A stretch of 64,000 nt of DNA from Opitutia bacterium (lineage in GTDB: Bacteria; Verrucomicrobiota; Verrucomicrobiia; Opitutales; JABJCN01), in assembly GCA_018668635.1 (NCBI GenBank), contig JABJCN010000172.1, forward strand, positions 15,716 through 79,715. The letters are read 5' to 3'. Made by a program: the position numbers and the translations under genes. The notes under the pieces are model-generated. The model worked only from the letters and a program-made list of their open reading frames with translations. It ran no database searches and had not been told where the DNA came from. Shown here one piece after another: positions 35,601 to 45,313 of this stretch (position 1 is its first letter; each line of letters begins with the position of its first letter).

Positions 35601-35691
35601 AGACTTAACAGCAGGTTTCAGAAAAAAAGGAGACCGGCTTGCAGACCTGATACACATGCTAACCCGTAGTAGTATTTTCAACGGTAAATAA
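32677..35691 (+). CDS. DUF1592-type protein with N-terminal discoidin (F5/8 type C) domain and two CxxCH motifs
   Basis: The discoidin-like region (about 32740-33145) reads NSKWCG...[36 protein letters not shown]...[17 protein letters not shown] lies at 33316-33330, followed by NGEMPPPD. The C-terminal motif is [24 protein letters not shown]. Confidence 0.85.
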   Translation: [1004 protein letters not shown]

Positions 35692-35736
35692 TTGGACTGC
35701 GCACTATTAGAATACTGAAGATATAAGGAACAGACA

Positions 35737-37134
35737 ATGGATTTCAAATCAAACTCTCTCGGGCGGAGGGCATTTCTACGTGGTACCGGAATAGCCTTGG
35801 CTTTACCTTGGTTGGAAACATTTGCGGCAGATAATCCAGCAAATGAAACACCCAAACGTTTTCTCAGCGTTTACCACCCGGATGGGGTTGGTGTACCGGT
35901 CAAGGCTGATCCGGCGTGGAAAGATTGGAGTTGGTTTCCACACGGCGGAGAAAAGGATTTTGAATTAACAAAGGTATTGGATGTACTGGAGCCCTTACGA
36001 AGTGATATCACGATATATTCAGGACTTTCACATCCCGCGGTAAGGCGAGTCCACGGGCACTCCAACGCAGACCAATATTTGACTGGTGCAGATACCAAGG
36101 GACACGGCCCTTACAGGAATTCGATATCCCTTGATCAGGTATACGCCGAATCCATTGGTGAGTTTACCCGGCATTCATCTCTGGTCATGTCCACAAATGG
36201 TGGCATCGGAGGTCCTCGTGGCGCCCAAACCCAATCCTTTAGCCGGGAAGGGCGTGCCATTCCTGCGATGAATAGCCCCAAGCAAATTTTCGATATGCTT
36301 TTTGTCGCCGGCGACAAGAATGCATCCGCTCGGTTGGCTAGATCGAAAAGTGCTCTGGATCTTCTGATTGAAGACACCCGTTCCCTCGGAAGAAAAATTT
36401 CCAAGCACGACCAAGACACTCTTCAGCAGTATCTTGATTCGGTTCGGGATACCGAGGTCAAACTGACCAAAGCCCAGCAATGGTTGAATGCCCCTTTTCC
36501 TCAAGTTGATTCTTCAAGTCTGCATCTCGAAGCGGGCCCCAAAGAGGCGAAGCAATATTTTCAGACCATGTATGATTTGATCTATCTTGCCTTTTTGAGC
36601 GACTCTACACGTGTCGCGACTTTCCAGTTGGGAAGAGAGAATGGGGGAGGTCCGCACGATTTGCTTTCCAAGGCCGTGGATTTGGGCGCTGCTCATGGCC
36701 TGACTCATGCCGTCAAAAAGAAAGACGGGTGGGAAAACCTCGGGACTTACAACCGCTATCAGGCAGAGGAGTTCGGGCGCTTCGTTTCAAAACTCAAGAA
36801 TACGACCGAACCAATTGGCGAAGGCAACATGTTGGATAATACTTTTGCCATGCACGGTTCCGCATCCAGCAGTTTTCACCTCTCCCGAAATTACCCAATT
36901 ATTTCAGCGGGAGGAAAAAACCTTGGGTTTGCCAATGGCCGTTATCTCAATTTTGTTGGCCTTCGTGAAGATGGTAGCCTCCCCGGTGCCGGAGTCATAA
37001 GTGATGCCGGGTGGAATAGTAAAGTGGTGGAAGAAGAACCTCCGCTTGCGAAACTGTTCGTGAGCATCCTGCAGAGGCTCGGCGTCGAAACCGATTCATT
37101 TGCTGGATATACTGGTACATTGAACCGCGTTTAA
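35737..37134 (+). CDS. DUF1552-type protein with Tat signal
   Basis: GRRAFLRGTGIALALPWLE is a twin-arginine signal. It is paralogous to 31241..32506 (shared SHP...GH and DSTRV motifs, and AAHGLTHAVKKKD). Confidence 0.85.
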   Translation: MDFKSNSLGRRAFLRGTGIALALPWLETFAADNPANETPKRFLSVYHPDGVGVPVKADPAWKDWSWFPHGGEKDFELTKVLDVLEPLRSDITIYSGLSHPAVRRVHGHSNADQYLTGADTKGHGPYRNSISLDQVYAESIGEFTRHSSLVMSTNGGIGGPRGAQTQSFSREGRAIPAMNSPKQIFDMLFVAGDKNASARLARSKSALDLLIEDTRSLGRKISKHDQDTLQQYLDSVRDTEVKLTKAQQWLNAPFPQVDSSSLHLEAGPKEAKQYFQTMYDLIYLAFLSDSTRVATFQLGRENGGGPHDLLSKAVDLGAAHGLTHAVKKKDGWENLGTYNRYQAEEFGRFVSKLKNTTEPIGEGNMLDNTFAMHGSASSSFHLSRNYPIISAGGKNLGFANGRYLNFVGLREDGSLPGAGVISDAGWNSKVVEEEPPLAKLFVSILQRLGVETDSFAGYTGTLNRV

Positions 37135-37244
37135 GAAGTGCGTTCCCCGGTAGCAAAGGAACCCAAGTTTAGTTTCAAAAGCTTTGTAACAATGTTCTCG
37201 CTAGGCTGAGTTGAACAAAACCGACAGGAACATAACAAAAAGGA

Positions 37245-37321
37245 TGGTGGACCGTACAGGACTCGAACCTGTGACCTCATGCGTGTGAAGCATACGCTCT
37301 AAACAGCTTAGCTAAGGGATC
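37245..37321 (-). tRNA. tRNA-Val(CAC)-like gene with a non-pairing acceptor stem (possible pseudogene)
   Basis: The reverse complement is GATCCCT TA GCTA AGCTGTTTA GAGC G TATGC TTCACAC GCATG AGGTC ACAGG TTCGAGT CCTGT ACGGTCC A CCA. The D, anticodon and T arms fold normally and the anticodon is CAC. The acceptor strands GATCCCT and ACGGTCC pair at only 4 of 7 positions, and the D-loop lacks the GG dinucleotide. Confidence 0.6.
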
Positions 37322-37375
37322 GAAGGGGTTTAAACGTGGTAGAACACTGGGGCCGGTTGAAGAAGCAATAGGAAA

Positions 37376-38323
37376 TCACATTCGAAGTGTACCATCGGCC
37401 AAGCGTGTACAAAAGTCACCATAGGCGGTGGACAAACCTTCCTCCAAACCAATGGATGGCGTCCAACCCGTATCGCGAAGGAGTGTATTGTCCATGAGTT
37501 TACGAGGAATCCCATCCGGTTTGCTGGTATCGTAGGTAAGTTCCCCTTCATAACCAACTGTCTTACTGACGAGTTCGGCGAGCTCCCCGATTGAAAGATC
37601 TTCCCCGTAACCGATGTTGACCCAGTCAGGGGGATTATCAAGACGGAGAACATGAAGAATGCCCTCGGCGAGATCATCGACGTGGAGGAATTCCCGGCGG
37701 GGAGTCCCTGTGCCCCAGATGACAACCTCGGGATCGCCGGCCTCCTTGGCAAAATGAATGCGACGAACCATGGCTGGAATCACATGGGAGTTTTCTGGAT
37801 GGTAGTAGTCACCCGGACCGTAAAGGTTGGTCGGCATGGCGGAATGGAAAAGGACACCGTATTGCTGGCGATAGAACTCGCAAAGCTTGAGACCGCAAAT
37901 CTTGGCAACGGCATAGGCCTCATTGGTTGGTTCGGGCTTGTTGGTAAGGAGGGCGGATTCCTTCATCGGTTGCTCCACACCTCGCGGGTAAATACAGGAA
38001 CTACCGAGAAACAAAAGGCGGCGCACGCCATGCCGATAAGCGGCATGCACGTTGTGAAGGGCAATGGCGAGGTTTTCCTGGATAAACTCGGCCGGATAGG
38101 TGCTGTTGGCATGAATGCCACCGACACGGGCCGCCGCAATGATGGCAGTATCCGGTTTCTCTGTGGAATAGAAGGCATCACAGGCGGCCTCACTGGTTAG
38201 GTCCAGTTCCTGGCGGGAGCGAAGAACAAGGTCCTTCTCCCCCACTGATTGAAGCTTCCGCACAAGGGCGGACCCCACCATGCCCCGGTGACCAGCGATG
38301 AAGACTTTACCAAATTCTCCCAT
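37376..38323 (-). CDS. fcl: GDP-L-fucose synthase (GDP-4-keto-6-deoxy-D-mannose 3,5-epimerase/4-reductase)
   Basis: [24 protein letters not shown] and [12 protein letters not shown]...[11 protein letters not shown]. The likely start is Met at 38323; the ORF track extends to 38392. Confidence 0.9.
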   Translation of the reverse strand: MGEFGKVFIAGHRGMVGSALVRKLQSVGEKDLVLRSRQELDLTSEAACDAFYSTEKPDTAIIAAARVGGIHANSTYPAEFIQENLAIALHNVHAAYRHGVRRLLFLGSSCIYPRGVEQPMKESALLTNKPEPTNEAYAVAKICGLKLCEFYRQQYGVLFHSAMPTNLYGPGDYYHPENSHVIPAMVRRIHFAKEAGDPEVVIWGTGTPRREFLHVDDLAEGILHVLRLDNPPDWVNIGYGEDLSIGELAELVSKTVGYEGELTYDTSKPDGIPRKLMDNTLLRDTGWTPSIGLEEGLSTAYGDFCTRLADGTLRM

Positions 38324-38348
38324 GGTCGAAAAGGTTGGGTGTTCCGTG

Positions 38349-39350
38349 TTAGCTCTCGAGAGCCTGCTGCTGGATGAGCTCCTGCTTGGCAATCACCATG
38401 TCGGCATCGATCATGATCTTGCACAATTCACGAAACTTAACCTTGGCTTCCCAACCAAGCTGCTTCTTGGCCTTGGCAGGATCCCCGATAAGAAGCTCAA
38501 CCTCGGCGGGACGTTCGTACCGGGCATCGAACTTGACGTATTCATTCCAGTCGAGGTCAAGTAGCTCAAACACAACTTCACAGAACTCGCGGACGGTATG
38601 GGTCTCGCCGGTGGCGATGACATAGTCGTCCGGTTTATCCTGCTGAAGCATGAGCCACATAGCTTCTACGTATTCCTTGGCATACCCCCAATCTCTCTTT
38701 GCATCGAGATTCCCGAGATGGAGGGCATCCTGCAGACCCAGCTTGATCCTTGTGGCGGCGCGTGTAATCTTACGTGTGACGAATGTTTCGCCACGGAGGG
38801 GAGACTCATGATTGAACAGGATACCGTTGCTGGCGTGCAGGTTGTAGGATTCTCGGAAATTTATGGTTAACCAATAGGCAAAGACCTTGGCGCATGCATA
38901 TGGAGAACGCGGCCAGAAAGGGGTGGTCTCTGTCTGGGGAACCTCCTGAACCAGACCGTACATTTCAGACGAGGATGCCTGGTAGAAACGAACCTTTTCA
39001 ACCAACCCAGCTTCTCGAATGGCCTCCAGGATGCGAATTGCCCCCATACCGGTCACGTTACCGGTGTACTCGGGAATATCAAATGAAACGCGGACATGGC
39101 TCTGGGCCGCGAGATTGTAAATTTCGTCCGGCTTAAGTTCGTAAAGAAGCTTTACCAACTGCACAGAATCAGTCAGGTCCCCGTAATGCAGCGTCAGATT
39201 CGGGTTATCGTAAATATGGTCAATGCGATTGGTATTGAAACTGGAGGAACGGCGGATGATGCCGTGGACCTCGTAGCCTTTTTCAAGCAGGAGTTCAGCG
39301 AGGTAGGCGCCGTCCTGCCCTGTGATACCGGTAACAAGTGCTTTTTTCAT
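38349..39350 (-). CDS. gmd: GDP-mannose 4,6-dehydratase
   Basis: [47 protein letters not shown] is highly characteristic. The likely start is at 39350; the track extends to 39389. Confidence 0.92.
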   Translation of the reverse strand: MKKALVTGITGQDGAYLAELLLEKGYEVHGIIRRSSSFNTNRIDHIYDNPNLTLHYGDLTDSVQLVKLLYELKPDEIYNLAAQSHVRVSFDIPEYTGNVTGMGAIRILEAIREAGLVEKVRFYQASSSEMYGLVQEVPQTETTPFWPRSPYACAKVFAYWLTINFRESYNLHASNGILFNHESPLRGETFVTRKITRAATRIKLGLQDALHLGNLDAKRDWGYAKEYVEAMWLMLQQDKPDDYVIATGETHTVREFCEVVFELLDLDWNEYVKFDARYERPAEVELLIGDPAKAKKQLGWEAKVKFRELCKIMIDADMVIAKQELIQQQALES

Positions 39351-39486
39351 ATGATCAGGCTTTGGATGAAATTCAGGCAACCACGTCAATTAAAGGAGGT
39401 GAAATACTCATTGTTTTTGTATTTATAACAAAATAACTAAAAAAAGTCTTTTCGTATTTCCGAAATTTATCATACGTTTTTGCGCA

Positions 39487-40626
39487 ATGCCAACAATAGC
39501 TTTTGCCTTTGACTTGGATTACACAGCCTCGAATGAGGTATTCCAGTCTCTCCGCGAGTCCGCTTCCTCCCTGGATGGATGGGAGGTGGTGCCATTGGCT
39601 TATGACTTTGAACGAGTGATCGTGGAGCTTTTGGACTACGACCGAATCGATGCACTAGCCGGAAGCTTCATGAGCGATATCTGGTTAAAATCACTTGGAA
39701 AACCAAAACTACCCATGGTAAACCTGTCATGGTTATCCACGATACAAAGCATACCTACGGTAACGGTGGATGACGAGGCAGTGGGTATGCATGCAGCTAG
39801 AATTCTACTGGAGAGAGGTTGGCAGAACTTTGTTTTTGCGGGCAATGCAAGTCTCTACTTTTCTCAGCTTCGCCTTAATGGATTCTCCCGTGAACTCAAG
39901 AAAGTCGGAATGGAACCCGGATTACTTCCAACTGCAAGTCGCTCAGAAATAGTTGCCTTCATAAGGGAAGCCAAACCATCAACTTCGATTTTCTGCGCCA
40001 CCGATCAACTGGCCCGAAGCGTAACGCAGGCATGTCGACAAGCGGGCCGCCAAATCCCTAACGAGATCGGCATCCTCGGAGTTGGAAACTCTCCCCTTGA
40101 ATCGATTTTTGCAGGAATCAACCTGTCGAGTATTCCCCTGCCATCGCATGCCATAGGAAAACAGGCGGCAAATATCCTGCGATTGCAGCTTGAAGGCAAG
40201 GTAGTCCCACCAAGTTCATTTCTTATCCCCCCCCTGCCAACAGTAGAGAGGGACTCGACCAGATTACCCGGGACCACCGACCCCGTCTTTGAAAAGGCCA
40301 AATTATTTATCGATGAAAATTTCATGAGGGATCTTGGTGTTGATGAGGTGGCTAGACATACAGCCATTTCAAGAAGATCCCTTGAGTTACGCTTCCAAAA
40401 GACAATTGGGCATGGCCCATACCGTGAAATCCAGCGACTTCGATTACAACGTGCGGAAATCCTTCTGAGGGATACCGACTTAAAAATAATGGAGATAGCC
40501 ACCCGCTGTGGTTTCCCTGAGCAACATCGGTTCAGTACTTTTTTCCGTAAATGGAAAAAGCTCGCCCCAAAAGAGTTCCGGCGTAGAATAAAGGGTACTT
40601 TTAAATTGCAAATCCCTGCAAATTAA
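39487..40626 (+). CDS. AraC-family transcriptional regulator with LacI/periplasmic-binding-like sensor domain (XylR-type architecture)
   Basis: The C-terminal AraC HTH is ARHTAISRRSLELRFQKTIGHGPYREIQRLRLQRAEILLRDTDLKIMEIATRCGFPEQHRFSTFFRKW. The N-terminal ~270 aa looks like a sugar-binding fold. Confidence 0.8.
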   Translation: MPTIAFAFDLDYTASNEVFQSLRESASSLDGWEVVPLAYDFERVIVELLDYDRIDALAGSFMSDIWLKSLGKPKLPMVNLSWLSTIQSIPTVTVDDEAVGMHAARILLERGWQNFVFAGNASLYFSQLRLNGFSRELKKVGMEPGLLPTASRSEIVAFIREAKPSTSIFCATDQLARSVTQACRQAGRQIPNEIGILGVGNSPLESIFAGINLSSIPLPSHAIGKQAANILRLQLEGKVVPPSSFLIPPLPTVERDSTRLPGTTDPVFEKAKLFIDENFMRDLGVDEVARHTAISRRSLELRFQKTIGHGPYREIQRLRLQRAEILLRDTDLKIMEIATRCGFPEQHRFSTFFRKWKKLAPKEFRRRIKGTFKLQIPAN

Positions 40627-41465
40627 TGGGCAAACCTCTCCAGACCCTTGTGGCCATATTAATCCTGTGCACATCTGTACAGGCCAACGACCCGCTGGAT
40701 ATCCGGGTAGTTGGAACAAACTGGGGGGATGTTTCAATACGGGATATTCAGGCTGTACTAACATCCTCGGCAAACACACTCTGGAAGTATGCCGAACCAG
40801 AAGCCCTACACCCCATACTGGTAATGCGCTCGAAGGAAGGACCCATCGTCCTCTTCAAACGTGGCCCACGTGGTGAATATTTTGTAAAGCTGAATACAGG
40901 TGAACGGTACTGGTGCCAATATGCTTTCCAGATTGCACATGAGATAGGGCACATACTCTGCCGATACAAGGATGGGGATGCGAATAACAAGTGGTTTGAG
41001 GAGACACTCTGCGAGACTGCCTCCCTCTTTGCCCTCCGCGCCATGTCAGAATCATGGAAAACCGACCCTCCCTACCAAAATTGGAAAATTTACGCCCCAA
41101 ACCTGAACAAGTATGCAGAAGAACGAATTCAACGCTATGGACTTCCGGAAGGCAAACATCTGGCAACCTTCTACGCTGAACAAGCCCCGCAATTGAGAGC
41201 CGCAGCAACTGACAGAAGTAAAAATGCAGCTATTGCCATAGAACTGTTACCACTGTTCGAAAAAAACCCTGAAGGTTGGCGTGCCGTTCATTACATAAAT
41301 GAATCCGTCTGGAATGAGACACAGGATTTCACAACCTACCTTCGAAACTGGTACCGCCACACACCGAAAGACTTGAAACCCTTCGTGGCAAAAGTTGCGG
41401 AGAAATTTGGCATCCGTGCAAAAGTCCAGAATAATAAAGCCTCGGTAACAGTATCGGAATCATAG
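40626..41465 (+). CDS. Secreted protein with HEXXH zinc-metallopeptidase motif
   Basis: It has a signal peptide (LVAILILCTSVQA) and an AFQIAHEIGHILCRY motif. The start overlaps the regulator stop (TAATG). Confidence 0.55.
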   Translation: MGKPLQTLVAILILCTSVQANDPLDIRVVGTNWGDVSIRDIQAVLTSSANTLWKYAEPEALHPILVMRSKEGPIVLFKRGPRGEYFVKLNTGERYWCQYAFQIAHEIGHILCRYKDGDANNKWFEETLCETASLFALRAMSESWKTDPPYQNWKIYAPNLNKYAEERIQRYGLPEGKHLATFYAEQAPQLRAAATDRSKNAAIAIELLPLFEKNPEGWRAVHYINESVWNETQDFTTYLRNWYRHTPKDLKPFVAKVAEKFGIRAKVQNNKASVTVSES

Positions 41466-41540
41466 AGGGACACCCCGGTTCAGGGAACGGTTCCTACCGA
41501 GCCAAAGTGTATTCCTGTAAAGCGGATGTAAAGTGAAAGT

Positions 41541-44384
41541 CTAAGTGACGAACTTTGCCGTGGGAGATGTCTTGGATTTGGCCAAACCAGAAAGCGGACC
41601 TTCATAAACAAGCCTGCCTCCTTCGACTCCACCACCAGGGCCAAGTTCAACAATCCAGTCAGCAAGGCGAATGACGTCAAGATTGTGCTCGATGACAACA
41701 ATGGTATTACCGGCATCACGAAGTTGAAGCACAAGGTTCATAAGACGTTGAATATCATCCCAATGGAGACCGGTTGTTGGCTCATCGAGTATATAGAGGG
41801 TTCCCCCCTGCGACCTCTTTGAAAGCTCGAGGGAAAGCTTTAACCGTTGCGCCTCCCCCCCGGAAAGTGTTGGTGCAGGTTGCCCAAGCTTGAGGTATCC
41901 AAGCCCGACAGCTACCAATGTTTCCAGCTTACCGGCAAGAGCAGGTTGTTTCCGGAAAAGTTGGCAGGCATCGGTTACGGTCAGGTCGAGAACATCTGCA
42001 ATGTTAAGCCCCTTAAACCTGACATCAAGTGTCTCTCGGTTATAGCGCCGCCCCTGGCAACTGGGGCACTCGACATAAACATCGGCAAGGAACTGCATAT
42101 CCAGACGAATGACACCGTCACCAACACAACGTTCACAGCGCCCACCACGGACATTGAAACTGAAACGCCCCGGACCATAACCACGAACCTTGGAGAGAGT
42201 GCATTTGGAAAAAAGACTGCGCAACTGGTCAAAAACCTTGGTAAATGTGGCAGGATTACTCCGAGGACTTCGGCCAATGGGCTCCTGGTCAACACGAACA
42301 CAACGCTCAAAATGCTCCAAGCCATCGACCCCCTTGTGATTTCCTGGAATCTGCTTGGCCCGATTGAGTTTCCAGGCAGCTGCCCGGGCAAGGATTCGAT
42401 TGACCAGCGTGCTTTTACCCGAACCAGAAACCCCACAGACAACAGTTAATAACCCAACAGGAAAAGATGCATTTACCTTGAGCAGATTGTTCTCGAAGGC
42501 CGACTTTACCTTGACGAAATTTCGGCCAGACGAATCCAGTATTGGAGAAGCCCGTTCAACAACGGCCCTACCGGAAAGGAATGCACCGGTGCGGCTATCC
42601 TCATCCTTGCGACATTGTTCTGGAGTCCCCTGGAACATCAGTTTGCCCCCCTCCCTTCCGGCGCCTGGACCAAGTTCGATAATGGTATCAGCTGCGGCCA
42701 TCGTATCAGGATCATGCTCAACAACGAGAACTGAATTACCACCCTCCCGAAGACCAATCATGGACTGAATGAGACGCTGGTTATCGATAGGGTGAAGTCC
42801 TATACTGGGTTCATCAAGGACATAGACAACACCGACAAGCCCCATACCAAGCTGAGTGGCAAGGCGAAGCCTTTGCATTTCTCCTCCACTCAGTGTATTG
42901 TAGCGCCGATCCAGTGTAAGGTAATGAAGTCCCACTTCACGCAGAAAATGAAGCCTTTCCATGAGGCCATTCAAGGCATCGCCCATATGATCAAAGTCAG
43001 CATTGCCCATGAGCTTCTCTGAAAGAAAATTGTGAGCATCAACAATTGTCATGGAAAGAAAATCAGGAAAACTGCGACCGGCCACAAGAATTGAGCGGGC
43101 TCTCTTATTGAGTCGATGACCGTTGCAATCTGTGCAGGTCGAAGCCACCTGCATCGTCATAAGTTGGGCGCGAAGAACATCACCAGCTGAACGCAAAGTC
43201 TCACCCAAGTCTGCGAACACTCCCATCCACGGTTGATCACGTGCCGGGTGCCGACCGCGCCTGGTCTTTAAAAGAAAGGGTCGCTCGCCACTTCCATAAA
43301 GCAGTAATTCCTGCGTTTCACGGGAAAGGTCGTCCCATGTTGCCCCCTTTGGCACATCAAGTTGTTCGCACAACTGACGCATTATGGACTTGCGCATTGA
43401 TATAACCCGTGGACCGCCGAAACGCCAGGCCTTTATTGCACCGCCACGAAGGGTCTTACTGCGATCCGGAATGATTAATTCCTCCTGGAACTGATGCGTC
43501 TCCCCCACCCCACTACAGGTCTCACAGGCACCGACAGGATGATTCCATGAGAAAAGTCTTGGGGTCATTTCATCAAAGCCAATCCCACAGTCCCTACAGG
43601 ACAGGCGATGGGAAACGGTGAACTCATCAAAAGGTGAATCACGGTCTGGTTGTGACAGGATGATGGCCTGTCCATCCCCTTCATTAAAGGCAAGTTCCAA
43701 TGAATCTGCAATGCGACTACGTTGGTCCTCCCGAACCACAATACGGTCAACGATAACATCAACCTGAACATCGTCCTCCCCGGAAGGAAGCGGCATATCT
43801 TCATCAATATCAACGATTTCACCCTGAAGACGAATACGCTGAAAACCCCGTTGCTGAAGATGCGGCAATTCCTCTCGAATCATGGATGGAGGCCCCTCCA
43901 ACACGGGGGCAAGTAGCATCATTCGATTGCCTTCAGCCTCCCGCAGGATATGCGCCACGCAGTCATCAAGGGATCGCCTACCCACCTTTCCCCCGCACTC
44001 GGGGCAGAATGCCTCACCTGAAACCATCCAGAGTAATCGCGCGTAATCAGCAATCTCACTAACGGAAGCCACGGTGCTACGCGGGTTGGAACCACCGCCC
44101 GTGCGCTGCTCGATTGCAATGACAGGGGAAAGCCCCCGAATGTAGTCCACATCCGGCCGAGGAATTTGTTCAAGGAAACCACGGGCACGCACAGACAGGC
44201 TATCCATGTATTTCCGATATCCCTCTGCATAAAGGGTGTCGAAGGCAAGGGATGACTTCCCTGAACCACTGACCCCGGTAATGACAACCAGTTCGTCGCG
44301 GGGAATCTCAATATCAAGATTCTGAAGATTGTGCTGGCGAACACCCTTGACGAGGATGTTGGGGGTCTGTCGTGGTGTATTCAG
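41541..44384 (-). CDS. uvrA: Excinuclease ABC subunit A
   Basis: The 888-aa ORF 41541..44207 has UvrA ABC/zinc-finger features. The essential N-terminal Walker A segment ([50 protein letters not shown]) lies in frame upstream of the first ATG. The 5' end is therefore uncertain; a CTG at 44382-44384 is the only near-cognate candidate I found. Confidence 0.88.
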   Translation of the reverse strand: MNTPRQTPNILVKGVRQHNLQNLDIEIPRDELVVITGVSGSGKSSLAFDTLYAEGYRKYMDSLSVRARGFLEQIPRPDVDYIRGLSPVIAIEQRTGGGSNPRSTVASVSEIADYARLLWMVSGEAFCPECGGKVGRRSLDDCVAHILREAEGNRMMLLAPVLEGPPSMIREELPHLQQRGFQRIRLQGEIVDIDEDMPLPSGEDDVQVDVIVDRIVVREDQRSRIADSLELAFNEGDGQAIILSQPDRDSPFDEFTVSHRLSCRDCGIGFDEMTPRLFSWNHPVGACETCSGVGETHQFQEELIIPDRSKTLRGGAIKAWRFGGPRVISMRKSIMRQLCEQLDVPKGATWDDLSRETQELLLYGSGERPFLLKTRRGRHPARDQPWMGVFADLGETLRSAGDVLRAQLMTMQVASTCTDCNGHRLNKRARSILVAGRSFPDFLSMTIVDAHNFLSEKLMGNADFDHMGDALNGLMERLHFLREVGLHYLTLDRRYNTLSGGEMQRLRLATQLGMGLVGVVYVLDEPSIGLHPIDNQRLIQSMIGLREGGNSVLVVEHDPDTMAAADTIIELGPGAGREGGKLMFQGTPEQCRKDEDSRTGAFLSGRAVVERASPILDSSGRNFVKVKSAFENNLLKVNASFPVGLLTVVCGVSGSGKSTLVNRILARAAAWKLNRAKQIPGNHKGVDGLEHFERCVRVDQEPIGRSPRSNPATFTKVFDQLRSLFSKCTLSKVRGYGPGRFSFNVRGGRCERCVGDGVIRLDMQFLADVYVECPSCQGRRYNRETLDVRFKGLNIADVLDLTVTDACQLFRKQPALAGKLETLVAVGLGYLKLGQPAPTLSGGEAQRLKLSLELSKRSQGGTLYILDEPTTGLHWDDIQRLMNLVLQLRDAGNTIVVIEHNLDVIRLADWIVELGPGGGVEGGRLVYEGPLSGLAKSKTSPTAKFVT

Positions 44385-44488
44385 AGGATGATATTCGGTT
44401 TTTAGGAATAAGAAATTAAGTAGTGAAACGAATGGGGCAAGGATTTCTACTTGTCACAACGACAAATTGTCGCCTTCTGTCAGGGGAA

Positions 44489-45313
44489 ATGGATTTGCCT
44501 CTGTTAACACCCACCACGACGCGCCAACTGCTGGACGAGATTGGTATGCGACCGAGGAAATCCCTTGGACAGAACTTTCTCATCGAGCCAAATCTTGTAC
44601 GAAAGTCAATAGCCATGGCAGAAGTGGCAGATGGTGAACGGGTTGTGGAGATTGGACCGGGACTGGGAACCCTGACCCGTGGATTGCTGGCAGCAGGCAC
44701 AGAGGTTTATGCAGTGGAAAAGGACCCCGCCCTCCTGCAACACCTAAGGAAAAACCTCCTGCCACATGCCGATAACAAACTGCACCTGCTTGAGGCGGAC
44801 GCACTGGAACATCCTCGCGGTAACCTATGCAAGGGAGATTCCTTCAAAGTGGTGGCCAACCTTCCATACGCCATTACCACACCCTGGCTGGAAAAAGTCC
44901 TGATGGACCCGGTGCCGGACCGAATGGTCCTGCTGATGCAAAAGGAGGCAGCCCAGCGGGTCCTTGCCGGCCCGGGCACCAAGTCATTTGGCCCAATCAG
45001 CATCTTTGTACAGGCGGCCTATTCACTGGCAGATCAGCACAAGGTTTCACCCAGCTGTTTCTTTCCGGTCCCGGACGTGGACTCCAGCCTTGTGCGACTG
45101 GATCGCAAGTCGGAACCGTTTATATTTTCGCAACGACAGCGAAAGATTGTCCGACAAATCTTTACGCAAAGGCGCAAGCAATTAAAGTCACAGTGCATGG
45201 CGCTGAACCTTCAGGGGTGGATGAAGATGGTGATCACAACCGGTTTACCGGAGACGGTGCGGCCGGAACAGGTACCGGTGAAGTTGTGGATGCAGCTCTA
45301 TGAGTCGTCTTAG
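44489..45313 (+). CDS. rsmA: 16S rRNA (adenine1518/1519-N6)-dimethyltransferase
   Basis: PRKSLGQNFLIEPNLVRKSI, VVEIGPGLGTLT and the NLPY motif. The likely start is MDLPLL at 44489; the track ORF starts at 44423. Confidence 0.88.
   Translation: MDLPLLTPTTTRQLLDEIGMRPRKSLGQNFLIEPNLVRKSIAMAEVADGERVVEIGPGLGTLTRGLLAAGTEVYAVEKDPALLQHLRKNLLPHADNKLHLLEADALEHPRGNLCKGDSFKVVANLPYAITTPWLEKVLMDPVPDRMVLLMQKEAAQRVLAGPGTKSFGPISIFVQAAYSLADQHKVSPSCFFPVPDVDSSLVRLDRKSEPFIFSQRQRKIVRQIFTQRRKQLKSQCMALNLQGWMKMVITTGLPETVRPEQVPVKLWMQLYESS

Noticed and set aside
41466-41540. GGAACGGTTCC palindrome between the convergent HEXXH-protein gene and uvrA, considered as a terminator
   Set aside because: A 5-bp stem with a 1-nt loop cannot form a stable hairpin, and there is no U-tract.
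43919-44344. 141-aa ORF overlapping the 5' end of uvrA
   Set aside because: It is out of frame with the conserved UvrA N-terminus, which reads through this region. Its translation has no recognisable features.
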